Shown here: piece after piece, positions 14,376-26,696 of the stretch
Numbering within the stretch: position 1 is the stretch's first letter
Layout: each line of letters begins with the position of its first letter
NCBI GenBank assembly: GCA_964057225.1
Contig: OZ059895.1
Location: 19,158,001-19,222,000, forward strand
Length of the DNA: 64,000 nt
DNA from: Auanema rhodensis
Lineage: Eukaryota; Animalia; Nematoda
Direction: 5' to 3'
Made by a program: the position numbers and the translations under genes
The notes under the pieces: generated by a model
Seen by the model: only the letters and a program-made list of their open reading frames with translations
Told to the model about the DNA's origin: nothing
Database searches by the model: none

Positions 14376-17300
14376 TTATTTTTTCAGAGTGAGTACAGCT
14401 AACGCTATACTGCATGACACTATATTATTAAAGTACGGGGTAATATGAACAGCCAATGCAAATTGAGCTGATAAATCTGTGTTCAAATGAGCGTTAAGAG
14501 CAAGTACAGATTGTACACAATGCTGAAACAACAATTCCATTACAGTTGAAAACCACAGAATACGAATACCTGTAATGACTTGTACGGAATTCTTATTGCT
14601 GTTACGGTAACATAATAGGAGTCACGTAATCTCAGCAATTTATCTTCAAGCAGTGTTGGAGTAACATGATCAATGTCTTGAAGTAATTCACGCAATAATC
14701 TGAAATAAAGTTACTTTTGTATTTGATAATTTTTAACTGAAGTTGACCTGGATGCCATGAGATTCCACTGAGGAATGGCAAATTGCCTTGAATCATCAAA
14801 ACCAACTTTAATTTCTCGTTCAATAGACGATCGCAATTCCATAAGAGAATCTTCTGATACCTTGATGATTACTTCATATAAATGAAATTTTGATAGCTTC
14901 TGAACCTCATTATATGTCAAAGTTGAAGGTTGAACTGAATCAAGTTGAAGATTATCTTTATCAAATAAGGGCTTCCAATGTGTATTTTTCTAAATTAGAA
15001 ATATAAACACGTACGTCAGAAAAGTGAACGAATAGAAATTTGAATTATCATACCGTAAAATCGAATGAAAGTTGACTTGGATGTACATATGGCTGGATAT
15101 TGCCATAAACATTCATGTTAGATATAACAGTTCCAACCGATATAAGAGGACACATAACATCATCTATGTGGTATGAATTACCTAATAAAAAGATCAATAT
15201 ATAGAATGCGATAATTTAAGACTGTCACCATCCGTAGGATTAACTAGTAGCATTATTCCGTTCATGTTAACTAAAACAAAAGCTGCGTTATCGCCCTCAG
15301 GTAAAGCATTTCCTAGAAAATAATTAAATACTATATAAATATTAAACTAAGAGATAATATTAATAGTACCTAATACTACATAGCTAAATTGATTTAAATA
15401 TAGTAGCCAGCAACATAGTAGTAGGGCATGCTCTTCTTCATCGCCACATGTCATTGATATGAACTAAACTTTATTGGTAAGTTATGTTGCCAAAACATAA
15501 ATCAGATGATACTTGATCAGCAGTTGTCCACATATCCACAGATCCAGAAAATAGCATGGGATCAGATACAAATGGTATATAGCTCACGATTTGAGCTAAA
15601 TTATCAATAAGCCTACTAGGTGTTGATGAAAAGGCTTGAATCAAGTTATCCACACACGGGGGAGGCCGGATAGGTCGAAGATAGCTGAAAATAACGCATG
15701 TATTATTGAAGTTTTATAACTTATGTCGATAGTTCGAACTATTAACCGAGAAGATAAAATTCTTTTTCCATAAATATCAACTACTGTTGCAGTGAATCGT
15801 CTATCTTCGAACTGAGTTGTTAACAATTTTTCCCAATTTGTGCATTGACTCATGATCTAAAGTGTTTTTCGAATAATAATTGCAGGGTTACATTTTATTA
15901 CTTTCGTTGGTTCAGATGTTTCTCTACTGGCTCCAGCAATAACTCTAGGTGGAATCATAGGTGGATCAACAGCCAAAAGTAGTTTCAAATAACTTCCTTT
16001 TGCAGGCATCCTGCAATAATTCAAAATGTTTAGATAGTTCACAGTAAACTAACTTGTAGCCTGTAATAAACAGTGGAAACTTAATGCGAAGACCCCCATC
16101 TATCTAGAATACAACGGTTTCATGTGTTATGGATTAATAAGTATAAAGAATTTCATATTCAAAAAAAAAATAAAAAATTGAATAATATGGCTTGGAACAT
16201 ACTTTTCCTTTAGAGTAAACCGTTGAAAATGGTAAGTGTAATGTTCCAATTAACTGGCGAAGTAGTTGCTCGTGTACTGTATTGACCTCACGGTCGTCAT
16301 GATTTAATTGACAAACAGTCTGTAAATTTATGAAAACAAATTCAATTACATTTTACATTTAGAAAAACACCACCTGATCATATATATTAATTTCAATATT
16401 ATCCTTGATACTACGAAGATCAATATTAGCCGAATCAACTGTCAGCCGTAAAGTTTGTTGCCAATTTGGGTGTTTTCCTATAGCAGCTGTTGTACAAACT
16501 TTCTGATTCTTAAATGATTATTGTAGTGCAAAATTCAAAAATAATCTTACCTGAAATGATATCTCAACTATTGCTTGCAAATTTCCTCTGTTTCGGGTTG
16601 GTAGATTGATGGCTGATTGTATATTTATGATTAGATTGTAACTGTTTACGTTTATGGCTTGCTGTCGAGCATATTCTTTTCTCATAGGTTTTAACTTTCG
16701 ACTAAGATCAGGTGGACCAAAGATACTGCCAAATGATACGGCAGCACCTATCGGCTCTTCCTGAACTATCTGATCATAACGAATTTCTGGACATGTTTCA
16801 ACAAATCTTTCAAGAACTCTCCTTCTTCAATGTAATCGTATTAAAAAAATTGAAAGATGTGAAAAGCCACCTCAAAGCTACAGATTGATTGTTACCGGAA
16901 AATCGATGTCCATCAATACCAGTTCTATAGCATATTCCCCCTAGTTTTCTATCATCTTCATAAAGAAGCTGTGCATCAACTTCAGATGAATCAAAGCCAA
17001 TTCTAAAAAGTAACAAGTATAAAAATAAAACCAAAAATATTTACCTGCGTAGTTCAGAGGATTTGGAAGACAGTTTCATTCGGAACCTTCGTTCTAATAC
17101 CTCCCAACGAATATTTGAATCAAAATCTTCATCAGTTACTAACCGACATAATGTTGGTATTAAATTGAAATCACCAGAATTAGACCTTTTTGCAACCTGA
17201 TGAATAAGAAAAATTCTTAGTTCGAACTACATACATATATATTAATTTAAATTACATCTTCAATAACTTTTGTCGTATCTCTATATTTTTCATAATCTTC

Positions 17301-20300
17301 CCATCCCACACGGTAAACTATCGTTCCCGAAATATTAGGCTTCACAGCGCTCAAACTGAAGATATTCAATACAACGCTAATGGATTTCGAAGAATAACGA
17401 ACTCTTCAGGTACTGAAACGAATTCAATAATATCTCTGCAAAGTTCATCGTTCTGAATAGGACGGGGAAAGTCAATCTATATACGTTGAAATAATTAATT
17501 TTCATAATCTAGAAACTAACGGAAGCTATTGGCATGTCCTTAATATGTTTCCTCTCAAATATGGTAGCTTTAAGTCCAATCAAATTAGAAGTCACCTATA
17601 TTTAATAAAATAGGAATATTTAACAATTGAATTTTACCTCCATGGTGAAGACATGATCTAATTTGAAATACAATCCTTTACTTAAACTCAAGGTTTTTGT
17701 TTTACCAACTTTTTTTCCATTATAGTATAAAATTAACTGAAATTAAAGAGCTATAAACTTGAGCAGTCAGGAGATACGAAACATAAAACTCCCTCTTCTT
17801 CCTTTCTTCTAAAATTCTCTTGACATCAGCAGGCAAATCATTTAGTGAGGTTATTTCGTGATCTTCCGATATCTTTGGAATTTTATGTTTAACACTGTAA
17901 CTTAGAAATCTCCCAAACGTATATTTTCATTATCCTTACTCTCCTTCTTCTGTTTCATAATGAACATTAATATTTGTTAAAGAATAGCCTTGTATATGAC
18001 GTTGGTTTTGCAATGTGGCCCATGATGTTTTGAATGAATCTAATAGCATATTCAATTTATGCTCGTTGTGTTGATAAATGGCAGATATATCTTGCACCAC
18101 TGTTGAGCTATAATTAATGAAAATTAATTAACGAGTACCCAGACCTTTATATCTCACTTATCATACGATTTCGACCGTTGTATATGCATACTTTCTAGAT
18201 TTTTGAGGAGTATATATAACCGAAAAAAATGTAATCGTAGTTGATTACACATAACTTCCTGAAAATAATAGTACAACATAATATTGTAAATAAATTAAAA
18301 AACCTCCGATGTATTAAACAGCGCAGATTGAACTGTTATGTTATCAATACACACATTCAATCCAGAATATGAGGTTTCAGTATGAACCGCTTGATACTCA
18401 TTCCATGATTGTGCAGGTATATAAGATAGGATTTCCTCTTCTTTCATTATCCACTGAACAAAAATGTCATCTTCATCTCAACTTCTATAAAACATACGCG
18501 AAAATTGTCCATGTCATCTTCACTTCTTCTCTCTTTCTCATATGCGAACATTGTACTAGTTGTATGGTGTTGACCACTGAACCTTTCAATTAACTTAAAA
18601 ATAAACATTGTAATAAGCTAACAATTGATTTTCAATATCGGAGATACGTAAGGAGCGTAACTCCACCGCCATCAGTGAATCATCTTCAGGAAAAGGCTGA
18701 GCTTTCTGATTATATACGTTGAAACAATGATCAAATTCACCTTCAGTTTTCTAAATATATCAAATGCATTTTAAAAATAAAAATATAAACTTTATCGTAA
18801 GTTGCGGTACAAAACAAGAATTGTTCTTCATCAGGTGGATGTATGATGTAATGAGCATCGTTTAAATACCGAGCCCCGAGCTGAAAACGACTTTTCTTAA
18901 GAATCTAGTTAAACTTACGCAAACCTTAATACTGTTTTCTATCTGAGAATCAACATTTTCGATATCCACTTCTGTTGGCATATCTTCAATATGGGTGGTC
19001 ATTCTACGTTTTAGACGTCGTGTTAACTGAACGGATCCTCTTTTACGCTCCACAACTTTTTCAGCCTAAGTGAGAAGTCATATTGCATGAAAACAAGATA
19101 ATGATTGCCTGTTTTCTTATTTTTGATCGCAATGACGCTTTCAAATCATCAGAACTGATTGTTTTCTTTGACGATTGGGAAAAAGTCGGACTATAAAATG
19201 CCTTCTTTCAAACTGAATTTTTTTGTCACAAAAACCTTAATACTCTATCTTCGTTAGCTGAGGTGTCATCGTCAGGAAAATCTATCCCTAATGCAGTGTT
19301 GGTCATCTAAAATAAATTTACAATACTGTAGGTCACTGTAATAACTTACTGTTGTTGGTGATATTGGTGTACTTCCATAATCTTCAACCAACCGCTCATG
19401 AACTTCTTCGAAGACCTTCCCAGCCTATAACACATCACTAACTAAAACAATAATATGGAAGAACACCTTTATTTTGAATTTTAATAGTTGTTCCTTGATG
19501 GAATCACGACGGGCATGTTTTTTTTCTGTTCTCACTTCAGTATGGGGATCAGAATTCTGTTAAGTATCAGTAACACGGCGTCATCAACGAGTACACAAAA
19601 ACTCACTTTCCTCTCTCCAGAATGTTGTCTATATGGTTTTTTTCGGTATTCTTTGTCGGCACTTGCTAGAGGAGACTAGAATATATTATCATTCAGCATT
19701 TATACTTCTTAAACAAACTATTTTTGAATCAGTTGTATCAAAAAATGCTTCAACCAAGGAGCTGCGTCTTCGCTGAGAAACCACTTGCGCTGAAATTTTA
19801 TATATAATAATTACAAATTAAGAAACTCGAGATGAAATGAGATAATAAAACAACAAAACAGAAAACAAACGACCTAGTAAAAATCAACAATGTAGTTAAT
19901 ACTTCTAATACGATAATTTAGTTTTATTTGATTCTACACTACATGTGATTTTTTCCAATAAAACTTATCTGATCCAAAAGTAAATAATGAAAGAGCAGAA
20001 CTAACTTTTCTCTTGTGTACTGATCGGTGGCAACTTTCTTGGAAGCGGAGCTGAAATTAAAATAAATTTCATAAAAATCATGCAACTAAACATTCAGTGA
20101 TTCAATAAACAATATGTGTTTATATTTAGTGAGGTTCGAAAAAAGTCATATTTTATTCAACATTAGCTGTGATTTTCTTTTCTTCTATTTTTGACAAATA
20201 AGGTAATCTCACTATTTATGTTCTTTAGTTTTACAATATCTACAAGTCCTAGAATTTAAACATACTCAATATTTATTATCAAAAGAGGTTCAAACACACC

Positions 20301-20426
20301 AAACAAAGATAAATACAATAGTAAAGCTATGAAAACAAAGCAAAACAAATAATGCTACTCACTTGATAATTTAATAGCATCGGATCTTATGCTACTAATT
20401 GAAGATTCAGACATAATATCAGTCAT
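14376..20426 (-). CDS. mks-6: Ciliary transition-zone protein MKS-6/CC2D2A
   Basis: Large multi-exon gene with C2-like segments ([25 protein letters not shown]), 'YIPFVSD', '[14 protein letters not shown]' and the C-terminal [24 protein letters not shown] matching CC2D2A. X-box upstream. Confidence 0.85.
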
Positions 20427-20509
20427 TGTGAAGTTAATTCATACAAAAAGCAACTGACACTCTTTGTAAATATCGGTAAATATCAATATATGCGATATAT
20501 GTACAGCTC

Positions 20510-20523
20510 GTTACCATAGTAAC
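20510..20523. promoter_or_regulatory. X-box (RFX/DAF-19 site) of mks-6
   Basis: GTTACCATAGTAAC fits GTTNCC-AT-RGNAAC, about 84 bp upstream of the mks-6 ATG. Confidence 0.85.
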
Positions 20524-20659
20524 GCCAACAATACATCGTTACTCGGGCGTTCAGGAGGAGTATGGAGGAGTAATTAAGTCCAGCTTTGAGCTCAATGTTT
20601 CTAGTATATATATAAACAACTTTTCAAATGTAGAAAAACATGCTTAAAAATAATTTTTT

Positions 20660-21605
20660 TTACATTTTTTCAAAAGTTAAAACGAAACCACAATCAACGC
20701 ATTCTTTTGAATATATATCATCCTCTTCATTGTAAGACTCAGGACCATAATTATGCTCATGACTTCCTTTCACCTGTACTTTAGTCCCAGCTAAACCTCT
20801 GATCTTAATTGTAAAAAACATAAAGTTTCTGTTAAAAAACTAAAGTACCTGCTGACGCATTTCTCTAACTTTTTTCTCAAAATTCTTCTCAGCCTTTGTT
20901 TCTTTTATCTCCTCACGAAGCTCTTTTTCTTTTTCAAAGTTCTGCCAAGAACCGAAAACCTCCAACATTCGGTCTATAACCTGAAAATTAAATGATGCGA
21001 AAATTAATAATTTGAATCATTAACCTGGCTACGCAAATACAATTTCATATCACCATACCTAGGATTATGTGGATTTTTTTTTGAATAAAATCGAAGTACG
21101 GGTTTTCTTTGATCAAAATCACAATCTTTCAAAAGAAATTCCTTTTTAGCTTCAGTTCTGGCAATTAGTTTATGAATATCCTTGTCATCTCTAAAAATTG
21201 ATATAATCAAGAGCTGTTAAAAAGGAAAACAATCAACCTGCACTGATCACAAACAGGATGATTATAATGGTCCCAGAGCCATGATTCTAATAATGGCTTC
21301 GAGCACATTGTGCAATCATCAGGTAATTCATGAATAGCGTGAGCAGCTTCATGCCCTATTACAACATAGTTTAATTAGAAAACAAATGTTTTAATACGTT
21401 TTCGCCGGTTATCAATTATTTGTTCTCTGCGCTCTTGGGCTTCATCATCATCATCCAAAAAACCACCAGCTCCAAAAAAGTTACTTTGATGATTTTCTCT
21501 AGAAATAAAAGTATTGTGAACACTGCACTCTGCTCACCTATAAAGTTTCTCCACTACAGGAATCCTATCTTCATCTTGCGCTGGATTAAAACGTCGTTTC
21601 GACAT
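20660..21605 (-). CDS. xpa-1: XPA nucleotide-excision repair protein
   Basis: [32 protein letters not shown], a CxxC zinc finger, [35 protein letters not shown] and a C-terminal [18 protein letters not shown]. Confidence 0.95.
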
Positions 21606-21894
21606 GTCTCCATAAAACAACGAAAATCTTGATAATATTACTAATATTATTCACAGACAAATAACCGCGTACGAAACACTAATAACTTTGCATTGGACGA
21701 CATTATTCGTATTCGCGCCCGACTGTGATTAGTTAAACTTTAAATTTTTTACCTATCGGCATATGTTGTTGGCCTTATCATTCGTATTGTCAAAGATTTC
21801 TGATAAGGATTCATTCAATTTTATATTTTTCCTCTTCTTTGAAATTATTTATACTATATTATTACATCTAATTCCTCTTTCATAGTTTTAAGAC

Positions 21895-24432
21895 ATGATG
21901 TCCAAGGAAGTACTAACAAAACTTCGCTCATTGTTTAACTGTGCTGAAGTGTTAAAAAATAGTAATGGCCATGCCTTGGATGCTTTTATTCTTCCAAGCA
22001 CAGATAGCCATCAGGTATAGCTTCATACTTTATGAATTCTAAATATAGCTTTTCTAGAGTGAGTACTTGTCCGATTATGATTTTCGTGTTCGATTCTTAT
22101 CTGGTTTTTCTGGTAGTAATGCTTATGTCATAGTTACTCAGAATGAAGCTCTTCTTTTTACTGATGGACGCTATTTTGATCAGGTGGAAAAACCGAAGAA
22201 GAGGTGCAATAACACTGTTAATATTAGGCAGAAAAAGAACTTGCTCATGGATGGACATTAATGAAATCTGGTCTCCCGGGGTCTCTTACTCCTAACGAAT
22301 GGTTGATTAAAAACTTGCCTGCTGCAAGCTATGTTGGATTTGATCCTTTTCTTTCGACTTACTGTATGCTCTAAAGGTTAAGATGCATATTTTGATATTT
22401 TTGTTATAGTGGAAGTGAAGAAAATGCTGGAAGACTTTGAAGGCCTCAAGTTTAATACTGTCCCCGTGGCCCCTAATCTAGTTGACATGATTTGGAATAC
22501 TAGACCAATTCGTCCCACTCAAGAAGTATTTCAATAAAACTAATTAAATTTCAAGAATCTTATTTTAGATTATTGCTCTTCCTGTGGAGGTTACAGGTAA
22601 ATCTATTCAAGAGAAGCTTGAAGAGATTCGACTAAAATTAGACGAGAATAAATGCTCAGCTGTTATTTTTTGCGCTTTAGATGACATTATGTGTAAGTTA
22701 ACACTTTTCCTCCCCAGCTTCAATACTTTTTAAATGTTTTTGAAGCTTTATTGTTTTCTTCATTAACTTTTTAGGGACTTTAAATATTCGTGGAGCTGAC
22801 ATTCCATATAACCCTCTTGCATATTCTTATTTATTAGTATCCCTAGAGTCTGCTACTCTATTCATCGATTCCGTCAAAGTACAAGACAAGGTTTGATCAT
22901 CGTTGTACACATTTTACAAATGTTTCAGGTGAGGCATCACTTGAAAAATATTGATATTGTCAACTATGATGACACTGTATCTTATTTATCTGACTGGCAA
23001 GGAAAGCAAAGACAAGTCAATCCCTCCCATCGAGTATTATTGTGATTTAAGAAAAATAACTTTTATGGTCACTTGAGGTTTTCGTCCCTGTGTCATCTAG
23101 TTATGCTATCGGGCATATTTTTGCGGATAGCCTGATTACAGATGTTTCTCCTGTACAAGTTTTGAAAGCAGTGAAAAACCCAGTCGAGATGGAAGGAATG
23201 CGTAGAAGTCACGTGAGTATCTTCCTTTCAATAAACATTATATTCCTTTATAGATAAGAGATAGTGCTGCTCTCATTGAATTTTTTTATTGGCTTGAACA
23301 AAATGTCCTGAGTGGGGCAACTCTTAGCGAAATCGAGGTTGCAAAAAAGGTGATTGAATTGAATTTATTATTTATACCTATTATCGATTTAGGTTGATAG
23401 AATTAGGGCAGCTCAAGAACATTATGTTGATTTGAGGTAATTTGATTATTTTTACGACTTTGCATCTTCTGAAATTACAGTTTTTCAACTATATCTGCTG
23501 CTGGAGAACATGCTGCTTTACCTCATTACCATACTCAAGGGGACGAAGGAGAAAAAAAAATCACTAAAGAACAAGTTTATCTCTGCGATTCCGGTGCTCA
23601 TTACTTGTAACTTAATGTAATTACGGTGTGGGTTTGTACTGCTGGTTTAATGTTTTAGAGATGGTACAACTGATGTTACTCGGACTGTTTTGATTGGAGA
23701 CCCTTCAAAAGTGAATCCAGACTTTGTGTTTCATAATACTTTAGTCTTGAAAGGACATATTAGTTTGGCTATGACTAAATTTCCTGAAGGAATATTAGGT
23801 ATGTTTTGTGAAAATATTTTACTATTTCATTTCATAGGTAGCCGCTTGGATTCATTCACAAGACACGCGCTCTGGCAAGCTGGTCTTGATTTTGGACATG
23901 GGACTGGACATGGTGTTGGACACTTCTTGAATGTGCACGAAGGGCCAAGTATCAGACCATTCTCTGTATGATGATTTTATTCTTCATTTCAGTAAGTATT
24001 GGATATCGTGTAGTATTGCCTGGTGGACAGATTAGGCCAGGGCAAGTTCTTACAATCGAGCCTGGCTTTTATTTACCTGGAAGTTATGGAATTCGAATCG
24101 AAAACTGTTATGAGGTTTTGTTAGTTCTCATAAAGTTATAACTATATTTATTCCAGACTGTACGTACTAGTGTGTTATCCGGTGCTCACAATTTCTTGAC
24201 TTTTAAAACATTAACTTTGGTTCCTATCCAAACATCTATTCTTGATAAGACTCTTCTTACAGCACAAGAAGTTTATTTTTTTAGATTATTGAAGATGCTA
24301 ATAAGTATATTGTAGGTTCAATGGCTTAATGCTTATCATTCTGAAGTTTTGTCCGTTGTAGGACCTGTGCTTCTAAGCAAAGGTAAAATTCGAGAGCACG
24401 AGTGGCTCGAGAAAAACTGTGGTCACATCTAA
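21895..24432 (+). CDS. app-1: Xaa-Pro aminopeptidase 1 (aminopeptidase P, M24B)
   Basis: PSTDSHQSEY, FLSGFSGSN, TDGRYF, DSGAHY.DGTTDVTRT, FGHGTGHGVGHFLNVHEGP and TIEPGFY..G.YGIRIEN. Confidence 0.95.
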
Positions 24433-24545
24433 TTTAAATTTCTTGTTACCTTCACCAGGATTAATTTATTTCTTCATTTTTTTATATTATAAAAGTGCTA
24501 GGTTTCGTTGCAAAATTTTTTATTATATTAAATATAGTAATTATA

Positions 24546-26000
24546 TTACAATACACAATTTCCAGAATAAATATAATATATAGAAGCGTACATAAGCAGC
24601 TTTATTTTTAAAACTCAGCTTTAAAAGAGCGTTTTCCTGATAAGCTTTGTTCCTTGTGATGATCTATTTCAGAACTGCTTGGCATTAAGAGTAACACCAC
24701 TAATTGCTGAAATACTTTAACGTGAATTTATAGAACAATAAACGCCAACATTTTGAGGGTTGGCGGGATCAGAAAGAATTTCTATATTAGACAGAGGAAA
24801 ATACAGCCATGGTTCATCGGCTAACCAGCCGCTATACTAAAAATTGATATTGTTTAAAAATTAGTCAACTTATGATACTCTCTCAGTTTTTGAGTAGTAG
24901 CGGGCGCCTGTACTATCAGTATGATCCAGTACACATTTTTGGAGAAGTTGGTAATTATCTACCAGCCATATAGAACTGGCATTATCGCTAGCTTCGAAAT
25001 CGGATAAACGTATTAAAAACGTTCCTTTCTTAAAAAAATACTGAATTTTATAAGAAGTTAAATGTTTATGAATAAACCGGGTAAGCCATATTGTTTCGGC
25101 GGGATCTTGCATCGGGATCTAATGGTCCATTACTCATTGTGGAGGTATCAAAATGTGAACGCTTTAAAGTTTTCTCAGATCTATATTTTTTTATATAACA
25201 TAATAAAGCTCTTTCTCATACCTTTTAGTCACAACCGACTGATCGTCATATTTAATCCTAGAATTTTCTAAAAGATGTGGAGATATATTGGTTCGGATAG
25301 AAATATTCATAGGATTATACATTTCAGTGAAACCTGAACATAAGAAGCTGAAAAAGTGAATAAAATGGTTTTCCACTTACCCATTACATTTACACTGTTC
25401 ATAGGATGAACATAAGTAGTAGGTGTATGGTGGAGTGGCAAAACCGATATCTAAATAGTTATAGCTTTTAGATACTATGCAAAACTTTCAATTGATTTTA
25501 TTTTCTTCTCTTTCCTACCTGTTTAGTTGACAATGAAGACCGAGCAAAAAGAGTTGAATCATTTGAAACTTCTTTATTTTCATGAAAGATTGCTTCGGAT
25601 TTATATATGAACTATATTTTGTAATTTTTTGGTAGAAAACTAAATTTACTTCATTATGGCTCCGATAATAAATTTGTTCTTTTGCATCAGGAAGAGTAGT
25701 AAGTTGATGAATCGGTGTAGCGGACTGGTTCAACAATTTTGAATTCTGAGATTGAAGAGATTTGAAGGTGCTGAACCCTTACTTACTTCTGTTATATTTG
25801 AGATGAGATTGTCATATACTATGCTGTTGTATGCATAATTCAGGTTCGTAGGTTTAGGCTGAAACAAAACTAATACTTACTCAAAGCAGATCAATTACCT
25901 CATCGTGAAAGAAAGATACAGCCTGCTGGTCAACAACTCCGGAATTGACATCTAAAAATGAAGGTTGATAATCGGACCCACAATACGATTCAGTGGACAT
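24546..26000 (-). CDS. Uncharacterised multi-exon protein
   Basis: ATG directly after a ttttgcag acceptor, with in-frame exons including YFFKKGTFLIRLSD..SIWLVDNYQLLQK..YSGWLADEPW. The 3' end is uncertain. Confidence 0.55.
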
Positions 26001-26604
26001 CTGCAAAAAAAAATGTTTTACCTAAATTAAATTAAATTCAGAAAAACGCTCAGATTGTATAATAAAGCCTACTACATACATATCTAGCTAATTAGCATGA
26101 TATGAAATTATTCTAAACCGTGCGCTTTATGCATAAAATACAGTAGATTACTGTATACAACGCTCTATTATTAAATAACACGAATGTTTTACATAGTTAT
26201 AAGATGTCTACTTAATTCATCATTTATTCATCAAAAAACCGACCTGCTCTTTCTACTGTATTATTTCAAATGAATCATTCATATCACGTTAACTTTCACG
26301 TTATTAAAATTAGCGATTAAGAGTACAGTGTTTATTTAATATTTCGTAACTAATAGTGACTATGACCGGTTGTGTAGTGGAAAACTCCTTGTTTACATTT
26401 CTCAAACTTATGCATTGTAAAAAATGAAATATTGTAGTCAATAAACTAGTTATACATAAATACCATTTTTATAATTGAAAGTAAAGATATGGTAAGATCT
26501 ATTTTTTTATCACATTTATATAATTGGTATTTTTCTTATCTATTTTGTACATGGAAGGTTTATGCAGGTTTTAAAAGAATTACATTGTTTGCTGCCTTGT
26601 AAAG

Positions 26605-26618
26605 GTTACCCTAGCAAC
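26605..26618. promoter_or_regulatory. X-box (RFX/DAF-19 site) of osm-5
   Basis: GTTACCCTAGCAAC, about 79 bp upstream of the ATG at 26697. Confidence 0.8.
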
Positions 26619-26696
26619 CATATGCAGCTAGGTTATAGATTGCTGCCCTCATCGATAGGCATTTCGGTTGTCTAAAAGCTGAACGCATATACAATT

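Noticed and set aside
24990-25035. SH2 domain suggested by GTFLIRLS
   Set aside because: No upstream W-[FY]-H-G or downstream SH2 pattern is present, and the flanks fit a different motif.
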